Shown in pieces: positions 1 to 10,915 of a stretch of DNA of 32,963 bases; the stretch's first letter is position 1; every line of letters starts with the position of its first letter. Where the stretch lies: positions 66,377,232-66,410,194 of the forward strand of contig NC_068988.1 in assembly GCF_001194135.2 (NCBI RefSeq). The letters run 5' to 3'. The position numbers were made by a program, and so were the translations under genes. Below the pieces are notes generated by a model, which saw nothing but the letters and a program-made list of their open reading frames with translations, was not told the DNA's origin and did not search any database. The DNA comes from Octopus bimaculoides (taxonomy: Eukaryota).

Positions 1-150
1 TAAAAATTAACAGAATGAGATAAAAAAAAAAACAAGGCTGTGATAGTTTTCAGAACATTTATAAAGAGAAGGACTTACAACTGTTTCCAAGATATTTTAT
101 ATCCCTTCATCAGAAACGGTGAGAGAAAATGTATATATTTGTGTGTGTTG

Positions 151-153
<3 letters not shown>

Positions 154-196
<43 letters not shown>

Positions 197-213
197 TCAC
201 AAAGACAAAGACA

Positions 214-248
<35 letters not shown>
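154..248. repeat. (TA)n 154-193 and (AC)n 217-248
   Basis: Direct reading. Confidence 0.98.
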
Positions 249-252
<4 letters not shown>

Positions 253-346
253 TATTCCTGTACATCTCCATCTACCAGATTCCAATCAAAATGTATTTGC
301 CAACTCGTAGTTTCGAGGCTAAAATAGAAGGCATTTGCACAAGGTG

Positions 347-495
347 CTATGCAGTGAAGCAAAAATCGAAGTCAGATAATTGTGAAGCGAACGTCTCAAC
401 TACACGGATATTACTATGAGTTTGAAATAACTTTCTTAGATTCTCTACAGCACTATAGATATTTTCAATAGCCCCATCATTGAGCCTATTAAATG
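347..495 (-). CDS. Candidate exon 6: (A)FNRLNDGAIENIYSAVENLRKLFQTHSNIRVVETFASQLSDFDFCFTA*
   Basis: Strong acceptor TTCACCTTCCGTCGTTATAG|; phase-1 entry; 48 open codons to TAG at 349-347. Absent from the ORF track. Confidence 0.5.
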
Positions 496-1764
496 CTATA
501 ACGACGGAAGGTGAATACTTTCATTATATACACATCCATAAAACGCTTTTGACTTTTTTTTTAATTGGTAATGCGCTGTAGCTAATTTATAAAAAAAAAA
601 AAATTATGAATAGCCGATTCGAATGAGTATTTCCTATAGCTTGAATAATGAATAAGAAAAGTATTTTCCTAAATTTATTTACTGAGGCTCTAGAAATTCA
701 ATGAGTGTATTTTACTCGTTAGTGTCATGAATGTTTTCCATGTAATATCACATGGAACAGAAGCTACTAAGCATATAAAGGCAAGCGTGAGCAAGATGCA
801 CAGCTTGACAGAGATTTAAAGATTTAAAGTTGGTATATTAATGTTGGAGAAGATTTTTTAGCTGTTAAATATAGAGGCATTCAGATCAGGGGGGAATCTA
901 TTCATGTATGCCACTATTAGTACACAGCTGACTACGAGTTTGGAAATACAAGAAAACTTCAAAGTAAAACCCCTTATGAAAATCTGAATGGTAAACGAAA
1001 AGCGCAGGAATGACAGTGTGGTTAAGAAGCAATGCGGGTTCGTATTCAGTCTCTCTACATGGCACAAAGAAATAGAAAAAATCCTTGAAGGACAGAACAA
1101 ACCGTGTCTAGTTTGGTCGGCAGCAGTCCGAAAAAGAACGACACCGGGCACGTGGTAGGAAAGAGGAAGAGTGGTGGAGGAAACAATGAAGGAGAGAGGG
1201 GAAGAGAAATGTAGAAGAGTAAGAGAGAGAGGACAGGGTACAAGGGAGGCAGTTAAGGATGAGAGGGAAAAGAAAACAGAGAGAGTAGAAGAAAGAGCTA
1301 CGAGTTGCACTACAAATATTCCGGTAATATTTTTTAAGTAAACAAGCCGGGGTGCATTGTTCTGCAGTGAGTATTTCAAAAGTTAGGCAGCAAAGGGAAA
1401 AGTACACGAAACTGGGCGAAAACATAACGGACAGAAAAGGAGACAAAAAACACGATACAAGAACATTCGCAGCTGGTTTTCTCACCAGTTGGTTTCCGAG
1501 ACATATATAATATACCTGTCTGTATACCTGTGTATATCAACTCTTTTAACATACCGACACATTGTTTCATTAAAGATGCGATAACACTTTATAAATATAG
1601 ATATTTTAAGTTCAATATCATCTTTCTTTTTGATAGTATGTATTCATGCTTTTCTTCGAGATTTAATGCTTGAAGTCACAAAAGCTATTCAGGGCTTGTT
1701 TCTATCTTCAAACGTGAAAAGGCAGATATGAAAATTAATACCTCCCTCCGACGTTTTCGTGTAT

Positions 1765-2135
1765 ATAGTTAGAGCTAATACATTGAAGTATTTCGTCCGC
1801 CTCCACGTTCGGAGTTCAAATTGTGCCGAGGTCGACTTTGCCTTTCAACCTTTCGGGTCGAGGATACAAATACCAGCTGAGTATTGGAGTTGATGTAATC
1901 GGTTAGTCTCTTCCCCAAAAATTTCGAAATAAGTGGTGACCTGGTAGAATTGTTAGCACACCGGATAAAACACTTAGCGGCACTTCATCCGGATTTATGT
2001 TCTTTGTTAAGCTCCACCGACGTGGACTTTGTTTTTCATCCATTCAGGGTCGATAAAATAAATACTAGTTTAACGCAAGAGTCGAGGAAATTGACTAGCC
2101 CCTTCCCCCTAAATGACAGGCCGTTATTAGAAATG
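1765..2135 (+). mobile_element. Two tandem copies of SINE family A (tRNA-like head, about 210 bp)
   Basis: Box-B-like GAGTTCAAATT and core GACTTTGCCTTTCA..GTCGATAAAATAAGTACCAG; the second copy starts at 1933. Confidence 0.8.
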
Positions 2136-2689
2136 ATTGTGCCATCCAAAATTTCCTCTCCAAGATGGTATTTAAAATACTGTCTACCAACCAAATATTC
2201 TTCTTCAACTTTACAACTTGCTTTAAGTTAGGAAATACAACTTAAGACAATGTAACTAAATTAACTTTAATATTATTCCAATATGCATTATTAGCATTTT
2301 ATAGAAGTATCGCTTGTACCCTTTTGGGAATTACTTTTTTAAATGGAACGTACATTTGTCTGAGGATTCCCTTGTGTTTTGTAAAATTCTCATAAACGAT
2401 TGTGTCTTGAGGAAAACCTCTGCCTACATAAAATGTTTTCAGATTACAGTCTAATTTGTTAAACAGCCTTCACTGCATGAAAATTAATGACCTTTTTCTT
2501 CTTTATATGGAAACAAATATTATGTGTTCAATATATGCAATCTATACATTATTAGTTGGCTGCAAGGTATTCAGGTTATTGCAAAGTTTATTCCAACGGA
2601 TAAGACATTCATTACAAATGTTCTTGAATATATAATTTTATGCCAATATGTAACTGTTGCCATTACATCCAGATTTCTTAAGAAATAAG

Positions 2690-2790
2690 AAGGGTATGCG
2701 TGGTTAAGTTTATTTTGCAACCACAAGGCTCCGGGTTCGATCCCACATTGCGTGGCATTTTAGGCGAGTGTCTTCTACTATCATCTTAAT
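2690..2790 (+). mobile_element. SINE family B head fragment
   Basis: GTGGTTAAG...CCGGGTTCGATCCC...GGCGAGTGTCTTCTACTAT. Confidence 0.7.
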
Positions 2791-3217
2791 TTGATAAAGA
2801 TCGATGAAATAGTTTGGGTCGATGAAAAATAGCTTGCGGTTGTTATTTCGTTCCTATCGCACAGTTACGCCCTCATCACTCTCGACACTGTAAATGCAAT
2901 GAAATGTTGACTAGCGCGGCGACAAACGAAACCCCACGACGCCATTGTTCACAAAATTCATGATATGAAATATAATTAAAATAAAACTTGAGAAATGTCG
3001 TGAAAGAGTACAAAAATATCTTAATACTGTTAACTTATATAAAGAGCTTGTATCGCTATATCGTTGGTGTTTGGATCAAATAATCAAGATTGAATAAAAT
3101 TATCAAAAACCGTGACTATCCTATATTTTTATCGGTGTGCAGGGCTACATTATATAATCTAAGATTTATTGAAGGCGGTAAAAAGTGATTCTAAGAAGAT
3201 TTACCCATTACTTTTAC

Positions 3218-3395
3218 CAGATCGTGGTTCCCATTTTGACTCGAAAATTTTATTTCGTTGATATTCCTCGGAAGGTTTCTCGAAGTTATACAATTTAGGT
3301 ATCTCTATGGTTTCTGCTGTATTTCATTTTTATATTCCATCAACAATAATATCACGAAGTTGTAACCTATTTCTTATTTCTTTGATGACATCGGT
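3218..3395 (-). CDS. Candidate exon 5: TDVIKEIRNRLQLRDIIVDGI*K*NTAETIEIPKLYNFEKPSEEYQRNKIFESKWEPRS
   Basis: Weak acceptor CCAATATTAG|; donor CTG|GTAAAA; 178 bp, phase 0->1; one frame is open except for two nearby stops. Confidence 0.4.
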
Positions 3396-4235
3396 CTAAT
3401 ATTGGCACATGTTTACATTTGAGAGTGAACAACAATTTACATTGATCAACTATCTTTGTACTTTAGTACTACTTTTTCAATCAACACACGAGTGACTGCA
3501 TAGGAGTGGTTTCTATTTAATCACGCTATTTATTTAGGTCACAGTAACCTTAATTTAGTAGCCTGTATAACTTCATTGCTGACATAAACTTGATACTCTT
3601 TCATGTAAACTTGCGTTCATTCCAAAACCCTGCAATTAACGTCTTTCATATCATGGTGTCACAGTATTTATTCGTCTCTCTGTCTAGTCGAAACTTAATA
3701 CCGAGTTTTCTGACAATGGTAACATTTGTTATACAATGTATCTCACGCGTCATATGTTCTGTCATTTTTAAAATACGTCCCTCAGTCTCTTATGAACAAT
3801 TCATAAATACCAAATATTAAGTTTATTCGGTGGGAACGGCAGCTAGACTAATCGGTAGAGTACCAACTTAGAAGACAAGAATTAGATTATTCATATCCTA
3901 TTATGAGTAATGGAACTTTAACCGTGAGATCTAACTAACAATTGTCCCAGTGAATTCGCTGTAAATATGTATCATAAGGATGTAAAGTTCTTTGTAAATT
4001 GATGAGTACAGTAATTTAATTAGCCAGTTACCCTATTATACCATGTGTATATTTGTCAGGAAGCTCAATAGTTGCGTATTACCTTTGACAGTATTAAAAA
4101 TGTTAAAGCCTAATGCCGGTGAGTGAGCATAGAAAGCATTCAGTTTTTCTTTTTTTTTTTTCGATAAAGATCATGAAGAATGGAATTCTAGACAGGTATC
4201 CAAGATATTAAATTCACTATCAAAATCTGTCTGAG

Positions 4236-4311
<76 letters not shown>

Positions 4312-4335
4312 CAACAAAAACAACAGCAACAACAA
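4236..4335. repeat. (TAA)n grading into (CAA)n
   Basis: Pure TAA at 4236-4308, then CAA variants. Confidence 0.98.
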
Positions 4336-5859
4336 GAAAGCTATAAAAACTATAAATATCTGGGGATAAACGAAGGAGATTGTATACAACATGCTACTAT
4401 GAAGGAAAAAATAAGGAGTATTACAGGAGAGTAAGATTCCTACTAAAAACTGAGCTCAACTCCAAAAATCGAAGCGAAGCTATTAACACCCTGGCACTTC
4501 CAGTAGTCCAATACAGTTTTAAAATCTTTAACTGGAATCTTACAGAACTCCAACGCCTGGACAAGAAGACAAGAAAACTACTAACATATAAGAACATGCT
4601 CCACCCAAAAGCAGATGTTGATCGTGCTGTGCCTACCTAGACGTAATGAGGGAAGAGGAATGATGCAGGTAGAGCTGTGATATAAGACTACCACAAGAGC
4701 AATGAACAAGTACTTATCTAGTACAGAGGACTGAATGCTGTGGCCTGTGTGCAAACACGAAAGCAGCAAAAATTCACCTTCCATTGTTATGGAAGCTTAC
4801 AAATTCGCAAGGGAACTCGGTATTAACCCTCAATTAGATGAAGAACCTGAAACCAATGCCATCAAACAAGCAAATCGGATCAAACAGACTGCAAAAAAGA
4901 ACGGGCAGAAATAAATTGAGGAGCGGTGGAGCCAGAAGCCTCTGCATGGACAGTAAATACTTCGAAGCCGAAATAATAATGTAGACCTGTAGGCCAAGCA
5001 ACAGCCCATCAGTGGCTGAGAATCAGAACTGAAAGCAGAGACTGAAAGTTTCATATTAGCGGTATAAGGTCAAAGCTTGCTTGCCAAAAACTACCAGGCT
5101 AACGTTCTTCAAAACGGTTCTGACACGAAGTGCAGATTCTACGATAAATTTGATGAAACAATAGACCATCACCTTTCGGGATGTCCTGTGCTGACACCAA
5201 ACGAATACAAAAGTTGCCGCAATAGACTAGGACAGTATTTACATTGGAAAATATGTAAACACAACAAAATCAGCACTCCTTCTTACTGGTATGAACATCA
5301 ACCTGAACCAGCCATCGAAGGTAAAAATGTCACTATCTTGAGATTTCCCAGTCAACGACGTCAGAAGAATCCAAGCTAATCGACCAGACATAGTCATTAA
5401 AGACATGGAAGAAAATACTTGTAGATTAATAGATGTAAGTGTTCCCATTGATAACAATATATCTGTAAAGGAATTTGACGAATTAAGTATATATAAGGAC
5501 CTGCATATTGAAATACAAAAGATGTGGCATATTAAAGTGAGAACTGTTCCTGTAATTGTAAGTGCCCTAGGTATAATAAGAAAGGGTTGTCAGAAACATC
5601 TTAGATAATATCCCAGGAAAACCATGTCTCAGAGAAATCCAAATGATTGTGCTGGCAAGTACTGTCCACATCTTTAGAAAACCCTATCAATTTAAATGTC
5701 TGTGTTGTATTACAAGAATATGTTTCGCTACTGTCCCTGCCACTTCCCCTCCCACACTTTCAGTCATACTGTAACATCTCTTATCTTTCACTCATCCTAG
5801 GACGCTGGGTGTGTCTCGACAAATGATTGTAACAAACATGCAGATTAAAAGTAAATAAT

Positions 5860-5860
<1 letters not shown>
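4333..5860 (+). mobile_element. 5'-truncated, degraded R4/Dong-clade non-LTR retrotransposon (end of RT, CCHC knuckle, restriction-like endonuclease, 3' UTR)
   Basis: Frameshifted translation YKYLGI...EYYRRVRFLLKTELNSKNR...KPLHGQ...CRFYDKFDETIDHHLSGC...ANRPDIVIKD...LIDVSVP...VPVIVSALG; stop at 5693-5695; (TAA)n on both sides. Confidence 0.9.

Positions 5861-5900
<40 letters not shown>
5861..5900. repeat. (TAA)n
   Basis: Direct reading. Confidence 0.98.
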
Positions 5901-5901
<1 letters not shown>

Positions 5902-6290
5902 CTCTTTTACTAAAGGCACAATGCCCGAAATTTTTGGGGAGGGGGACTAGTCGATGATATTGACCCCAGTGTTTCACTGGTATTTAATTTATCGACCCCG
6001 AAAGGATGAAAGTCAAAATCGACCGTGGCGAAATTTGAACTCAGCACGTAGAGACGGACGAAATACCTCTAAGCATTTTGTTCAGCGTGCTAAAGATTCT
6101 GCCAGCTCAAAGCTTTAATAGAAATAATAATAGTCATTTGAACTCAAATTAGGTACAAGGCCAACAAGTTCAGGGAAGGGAATGAGTCAATTACATAGAC
6201 CCCAGTACTCAACTGGTACTTTATTTTAACGACCACGAGAGGATGAAAGGTGAAGTTGATTTCGGCGAAATTTGAACTCAGAACGTAAAG
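5901..6290 (-). mobile_element. Two tandem SINE A copies (5901-6114 near full length; 6132-6290 5'-truncated)
   Basis: Reverse complement matches the family A head GAGCTGGCAGAATC, box B and core. Confidence 0.85.
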
Positions 6291-6473
6291 TTGAGTAATA
6301 ATAATAATAATATTAACATCGAATGCCTAATATCTCTACTAATAAAGCTGCAAGAAATAGTTATATTTCTTTTTTCTAAGCACCGGTTGATTTCATTAAG
6401 CCTCCTCATTAAATGCATCTACCTGAGCATGGTTTTATATTTGGTATTAGGTATGAACTTCAATCAAACTTAC

Positions 6474-6621
6474 ACTACTATACATTGAGAAGAAACTTCT
6501 CAAATTTCTTTCCGTGTTTTCTTTACTCGTTGGCCAATGACGTATGTAGTATTTCGTATTCCAGTAACAACTCTTCAAACAGTTCTTCAACAATGCCTTC
6601 TGTTCTTCATCAATAACTGTT
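6474..6621 (-). CDS. Candidate exon 4: TVIDEEQKALLKNCLKSCYWNTKYYIRHWPTSKENTERNLRSFFSMYSS
   Basis: Acceptor TATTACATTAG|; consensus donor AGT|GTAAGT; 148 bp, phase 2->0; protein-like composition. Confidence 0.55.
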
Positions 6622-7007
6622 CTAATGTAATATACATATATTTATAATACCGTATGCGATCTTACTAGATTTTGTTCCTTAATAGTCTCTTATCAACAAT
6701 GAAGACATGTTTCTTTTATATTATATATACGTAGAATTAATTTCCCCAGAAAATAGCATTGAAGATGGAAATGATGCCACTTATAAAGGAATTGGGTAAA
6801 CCGTAGCAATATTATCGATATGTGGTTTATATAAACGAGTTCATAAAAGTAAATACAAAATATAAGAGAGTATAATTATTAAATGTCGAGCGAGGCCTAC
6901 TATCACTTCAGCTAATGAGTTTTAGAAATCACGGGCTTCTGTAGAAGTAAAATATGTGAGAATTTCTTTCTGTTTTAGATTCAAAGGAAAGAACGTCTCA
7001 AGTTAGT

Positions 7008-7345
7008 TATCTTTTATCTTTTACTTGTTTTAGTCGTCTGGCTGCGGCCATGTTGGAGCACCGCCTTGAAGTGTGTTTAGTCGAACATTCGATACGAGGA
7101 CTATTATTTTAAGTCTAGTACTTGTTCTATCGGTTCCTTTCACAGAACCGGCTGTCCAGTGGTGGTAGGGGACGAACACAAACGTAAATACACGCACACA
7201 CACACACACACACACACACGACGGTTTCTTTCAGTTTCCATTTACCAAATCTACTCACAAGGCTTTGGCCGACCCAAGGCTATAGTAGAAGGGGTGACAC
7301 CCAGTGACACTGAACCCGGTGCCATGTGATTAAGAAGCAAGCTGC
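7008..7345 (-). mobile_element. SINE B with internal (CA)n
   Basis: Matches the 24076-24445 copy along its length; tail TTTTATC/TTTTAC repeats. Confidence 0.85.
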
Positions 7346-7390
7346 ATCTTAATGAAGATAGGTGGGTTGGATGAAATTGAAGAATGATAG

Positions 7391-7924
7391 NNNNNNNNNN
7401 NNNNNNNNNNNNNNNNNNNNNNNNNNNNNNNNNNNNNNNNNNNNNNNNNNNNNNNNNNNNNNNNNNNNNNNNNNNNNNNNNNNNNNNNNNNNNNNNNNNN
7501 NNNNNNNNNNNNNNNNNNNNNNNNNNNNNNNNNNNNNNNNNNNNNNNNNNNNNNNNNNNNNNNNNNNNNNNNNNNNNNNNNNNNNNNNNNNNNNNNNNNN
7601 NNNNNNNNNNNNNNNNNNNNNNNNNNNNNNNNNNNNNNNNNNNNNNNNNNNNNNNNNNNNNNNNNNNNNNNNNNNNNNNNNNNNNNNNNNNNNNNNNNNN
7701 NNNNNNNNNNNNNNNNNNNNNNNNNNNNNNNNNNNNNNNNNNNNNNNNNNNNNNNNNNNNNNNNNNNNNNNNNNNNNNNNNNNNNNNNNNNNNNNNNNNN
7801 NNNNNNNNNNNNNNNNNNNNNNNNNNNNNNNNNNNNNNNNNNNNNNNNNNNNNNNNNNNNNNNNNNNNNNNNNNNNNNNNNNNNNNNNNNNNNNNNNNNN
7901 NNNNNNNNNNNNNNNNNNNNNNNN
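7391..7924. other. Assembly gap (others at 8545-8554, 13798-13891, 22932-23135 and 26991-27521)
   Basis: Runs of N. Confidence 1.
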
Positions 7925-7944
7925 TATATATATATATATATATA

Positions 7945-8165
7945 TCGTGGGGAGGGTGCTTGTATCTGTGTGTCCTACCACTATTTGACAACTGATGTTG
8001 GTTTGGTATGTCCCTATAGCTTAGCGATTCGGCAAAAGAGACCGATAAAACAAGTACCAGGCATAGACAATAAGTACCAAGGTCGACTTGTTCAACTAAA
8101 AGATCTACAAGGCAGTGCTCTAGCATGGCCACAGTCTAATGACTGAAACAAGTAAAAAAATAAAA
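7945..8165 (+). mobile_element. SINE B 3' half after gap and (TA)n
   Basis: CGGCAAAAGAGACCGATA...GCATGGCCACAGTCTAATGACTGAAACAAGTAAAA. Confidence 0.85.
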
Positions 8166-8512
8166 AAACGTACGTATCAGCTTGCCAATTTAGCTCAATC
8201 GTACGATTCGTAGGATCACGATCCAATATGCTGATAATCCTCCACCAAACAAACATTTTTTATCATTCACTGGGTAATTTGAGAAAGCGAATTGTTACTT
8301 TGAAGAAGATTTTACGACAGGGATACAAGATTTCGCAGTCACAGGGAAGAATATAGATGTTGCACTGACAGTGGCCGAACCAAGAGAGAAAGGTCAGGCT
8401 TGGCCGAACACCGGTCACGTGGGGAGAGAAGAGAGAGAGTTAGAGGCAGAGGAACAGAAGAAATAAGGAGGGGCGAGAAAAATGACAGGGAGACAGTGAA
8501 GTGAAAAGAGGA

Positions 8513-8544
<32 letters not shown>

Positions 8545-8751
8545 NNNNNNNNNNCTGTGTGTTAGTTATCTCTTATCTTTTACTTGTTTAAGTCACAATG
8601 CACAATATACTTCGACAATTTTTTTTTTAATACAACCCCTAATAATATTTCATGGTAAAATTATAATGGAAATCTTTTAACATCGAAGTGGTATGAAGCA
8701 TTATCCAAGCAAAACAGGAATCAATGAGGTCCATAGTTAAAAAAGCGAAAA

Positions 8752-8765
8752 GTTGAGAACCACTG
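8752..8765. mobile_element. Solo hAT-like terminal sequence
   Basis: GTTGAGAACCACTG is the reverse complement of CAGTGGTTCTCAAC, followed by CAGTAGGC (central TA). No partner end was found. Confidence 0.4.
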
Positions 8766-8904
8766 CAGTAGGCAAACCCCAAATTTCTACATTAGATTTT
8801 GAGAAGCTGTACAAAATTCTTGAAACAATAAAATCAGATAATATTCTGAGGGTAATATCTGTTAGCTTTAATAATTTCAAGTACTTTATATTATTAATTT
8901 CAAA

Positions 8905-9105
8905 TTTTGGAACAACGCCATGAAGAAATGCCGCTAAGCATTTTATTCGACATGCTAACGATTCTGCCAGCCCGCTGTACTTATTATATCGACCCCGGAA
9001 AGACGACTATCTAAGTTAATGCAGGTGGGATATGGACGTCAAAACGGACGAAATGCCGCTAAGAATTTTGTCTGGTGTTCTAACGATTGTGCCACCTCGT
9101 CGTCG
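8905..9105 (-). mobile_element. Two degraded tandem SINE A fragments
   Basis: GAAATGCCGCTAAG...CTAACGATT occurs twice (about 8929-8970 and 9049-9095). Confidence 0.7.
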
Positions 9106-10188
9106 TCGTACATCGTACTATTACATGTTTACTGACACATTGCAGAATGACAGTGTACTTTTTTTATGAAAGACTTTGTAACAATGAGCTGATTATTTTA
9201 CAGAGCATACTTAAAATAAATAAACAATAATTACGAGGTTCATGTGTTATGGTTTCAAAATGATATTCCGACAACAATCATCTGTCAGATCGACCATAAA
9301 AAAATAAACAAACAAAATGTACTGACGAATGTCATTACTAATTGCTTCTTATGTTCACAGGAATCGTACGTTTGTCGAAAATGAAAAATATTACAAGTAA
9401 ATAACAAAGTGTGATGGCTGTTATGTTGAAATAAAGTATAATGAAGAAACTGAACACTTTTGGCATAAACTGTCATCATGGAACCATGTTTGATGGTAGT
9501 CACAGATAAAGCAATTATTGAATTTTTATTGATTTTCAACTAGTGTAGATGGTGAGAAAAAGAAACAAGAAGATTTGTTGTCAACAATTCTGCACTGCCA
9601 TGTCTATTTAATTGGAAATTTCTACAGATTATCACTTCAAATTTATTTCGGCAGGTTTTGAAAACAGAACTGATTATAGTATTATAGCAAATAATAGTTA
9701 TTATTTTAAGCTGTAAAAATTAATGTAGTTCGATAAAATTGAATATAATTATATTTTTCATTTAAATATTTGTTTAGGAAAATGTTTGATAAAATAGTAA
9801 TGTGTTTTCTGAGGCATTGTTTTGCGAAGATATTAATTATGAAATAAAACAGTTGGAATAAATTGCAGGAATTATTAGAAAAGCAATGGATTAGCAAAAC
9901 TGTTTGAGCAATGGGTTGTCACTTCATATGTCTTGATCCTACAGTTTTTATTTAGCCTCAGGTTAGTCCTGATTGACAAAGTTTATGATAAAAAGCATTA
10001 AAATCGTGATCACTGACTTTTTTTAAAACATTGTGTAACAAAGGGCAAGATGCACAATGTTTCCAGTTTGTCTTATGGAAGTTCAAACTGGAAAGATTTT
10101 AAGTTTCTTATAGGCTGCACGTCCATAGTTTCCTTTGGTCTGTACATAGTCAGCTCTATATATATGTATGTATATTTGTATAAACACA

Positions 10189-10191
<3 letters not shown>

Positions 10192-10230
<39 letters not shown>
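10192..10230. repeat. (AT)n
   Basis: Direct reading. Confidence 0.98.
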
Positions 10231-10234
<4 letters not shown>

Positions 10235-10317
10235 TACTTATTTATGATAATATACATATATATCGATGTATACAATTGAAGCAGATTTAAATATAAATTG
10301 CCATCTCTGTATCCTAC

Positions 10318-10469
10318 AAAATATGGATGTAGAATTGTCGGCGGTAAAACCTCTTCCGTGACTTGTTAAAACTCAGTATTTTTCGGTGCAAGAACGCCGT
10401 TACTTCAATAACCATCACATGATCTCCTCGACCGATGATAGTAATGAGTTTGAGGCTAACTTTTAACTT
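10318..10469 (-). CDS. Candidate exon 3: KLKVSLKLITIIGRGDHVMVIEVTAFLHRKILSFNKSRKRFYRRQFYIHI
   Basis: Strong acceptor TATTTCGTTTAACCTTCAG|; only frame 0 is open; donor TTT|GTAGGA gives phase 2. Other internal GT donors are possible. Confidence 0.45.
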
Positions 10470-10699
10470 CTGAAGGTTAAACGAAATATGTGAGGAAAAA
10501 AGCTAAAGAAAAATTCAGTTTTGAAGTGTGAGTGATGTGAGAAAGCGCCATCTCTTGTCCCTTACTATTCTCGATAATAGTACATCCCTGATTTCACTTG
10601 AAGTAGAATATATTTTTCGTAATATTAAGGATCGTGAGGCACACGATGATTGTTAGCCCACGTGTGCATGTGCTATTCATTATATTATCCAATACGTAA

Positions 10700-10915
10700 G
10701 GCGTCGAGCTGGCGTGTCGTTAGCATTCCGGGCAAAATGCTTAGCATTATTTCGTCCGACTTTACATTCTGAGTTCAAATTTCGTCGAGAGCGACTTTGC
10801 CTTTCATTCTTTCGGAGTCGATAAAATAAGTACCAGTTGAGAACGGGGACTGATGTAATCGACTTACCTCATCCCCGAAATTGTTGGCCTTGTACCAAAG
10901 TTTGAAATCATTATT
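10700..10915 (+). mobile_element. SINE A, full length
   Basis: Head GGCGTCGAGCTGGC, box B GAGTTCAAATT, core, and ATCATTATT tail. Confidence 0.9.

Noticed and set aside
40-419. ORFs with IYIY/HTHT/CVCV runs (also at about 13.7, 18.3 and 26.9 kb)
   Set aside because: They are translations of dinucleotide microsatellites.
820-870. RFKVGIL resembling an AP-endonuclease start (RTE/CR1)
   Set aside because: Too short; no further endonuclease motifs follow.
858-1485. 173-aa and 125-aa minus-strand ORFs
   Set aside because: Leu/Ser/Phe-rich products of a CT-rich tract, with no protein-like motif or convincing splice sites.
4171-4392. Poly-Leu ORF
   Set aside because: It is the antisense of the (TAA)n tract.
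6291-6616. Plus-strand ORFs 6291-6488 and 6413-6616
   Set aside because: Low-complexity off-frame antisense of candidate exon 4, which has better splice signals.
7251-8132. Long ORFs containing X (also at 22772-23294 and 26841-27678)
   Set aside because: Artefacts of N gaps.
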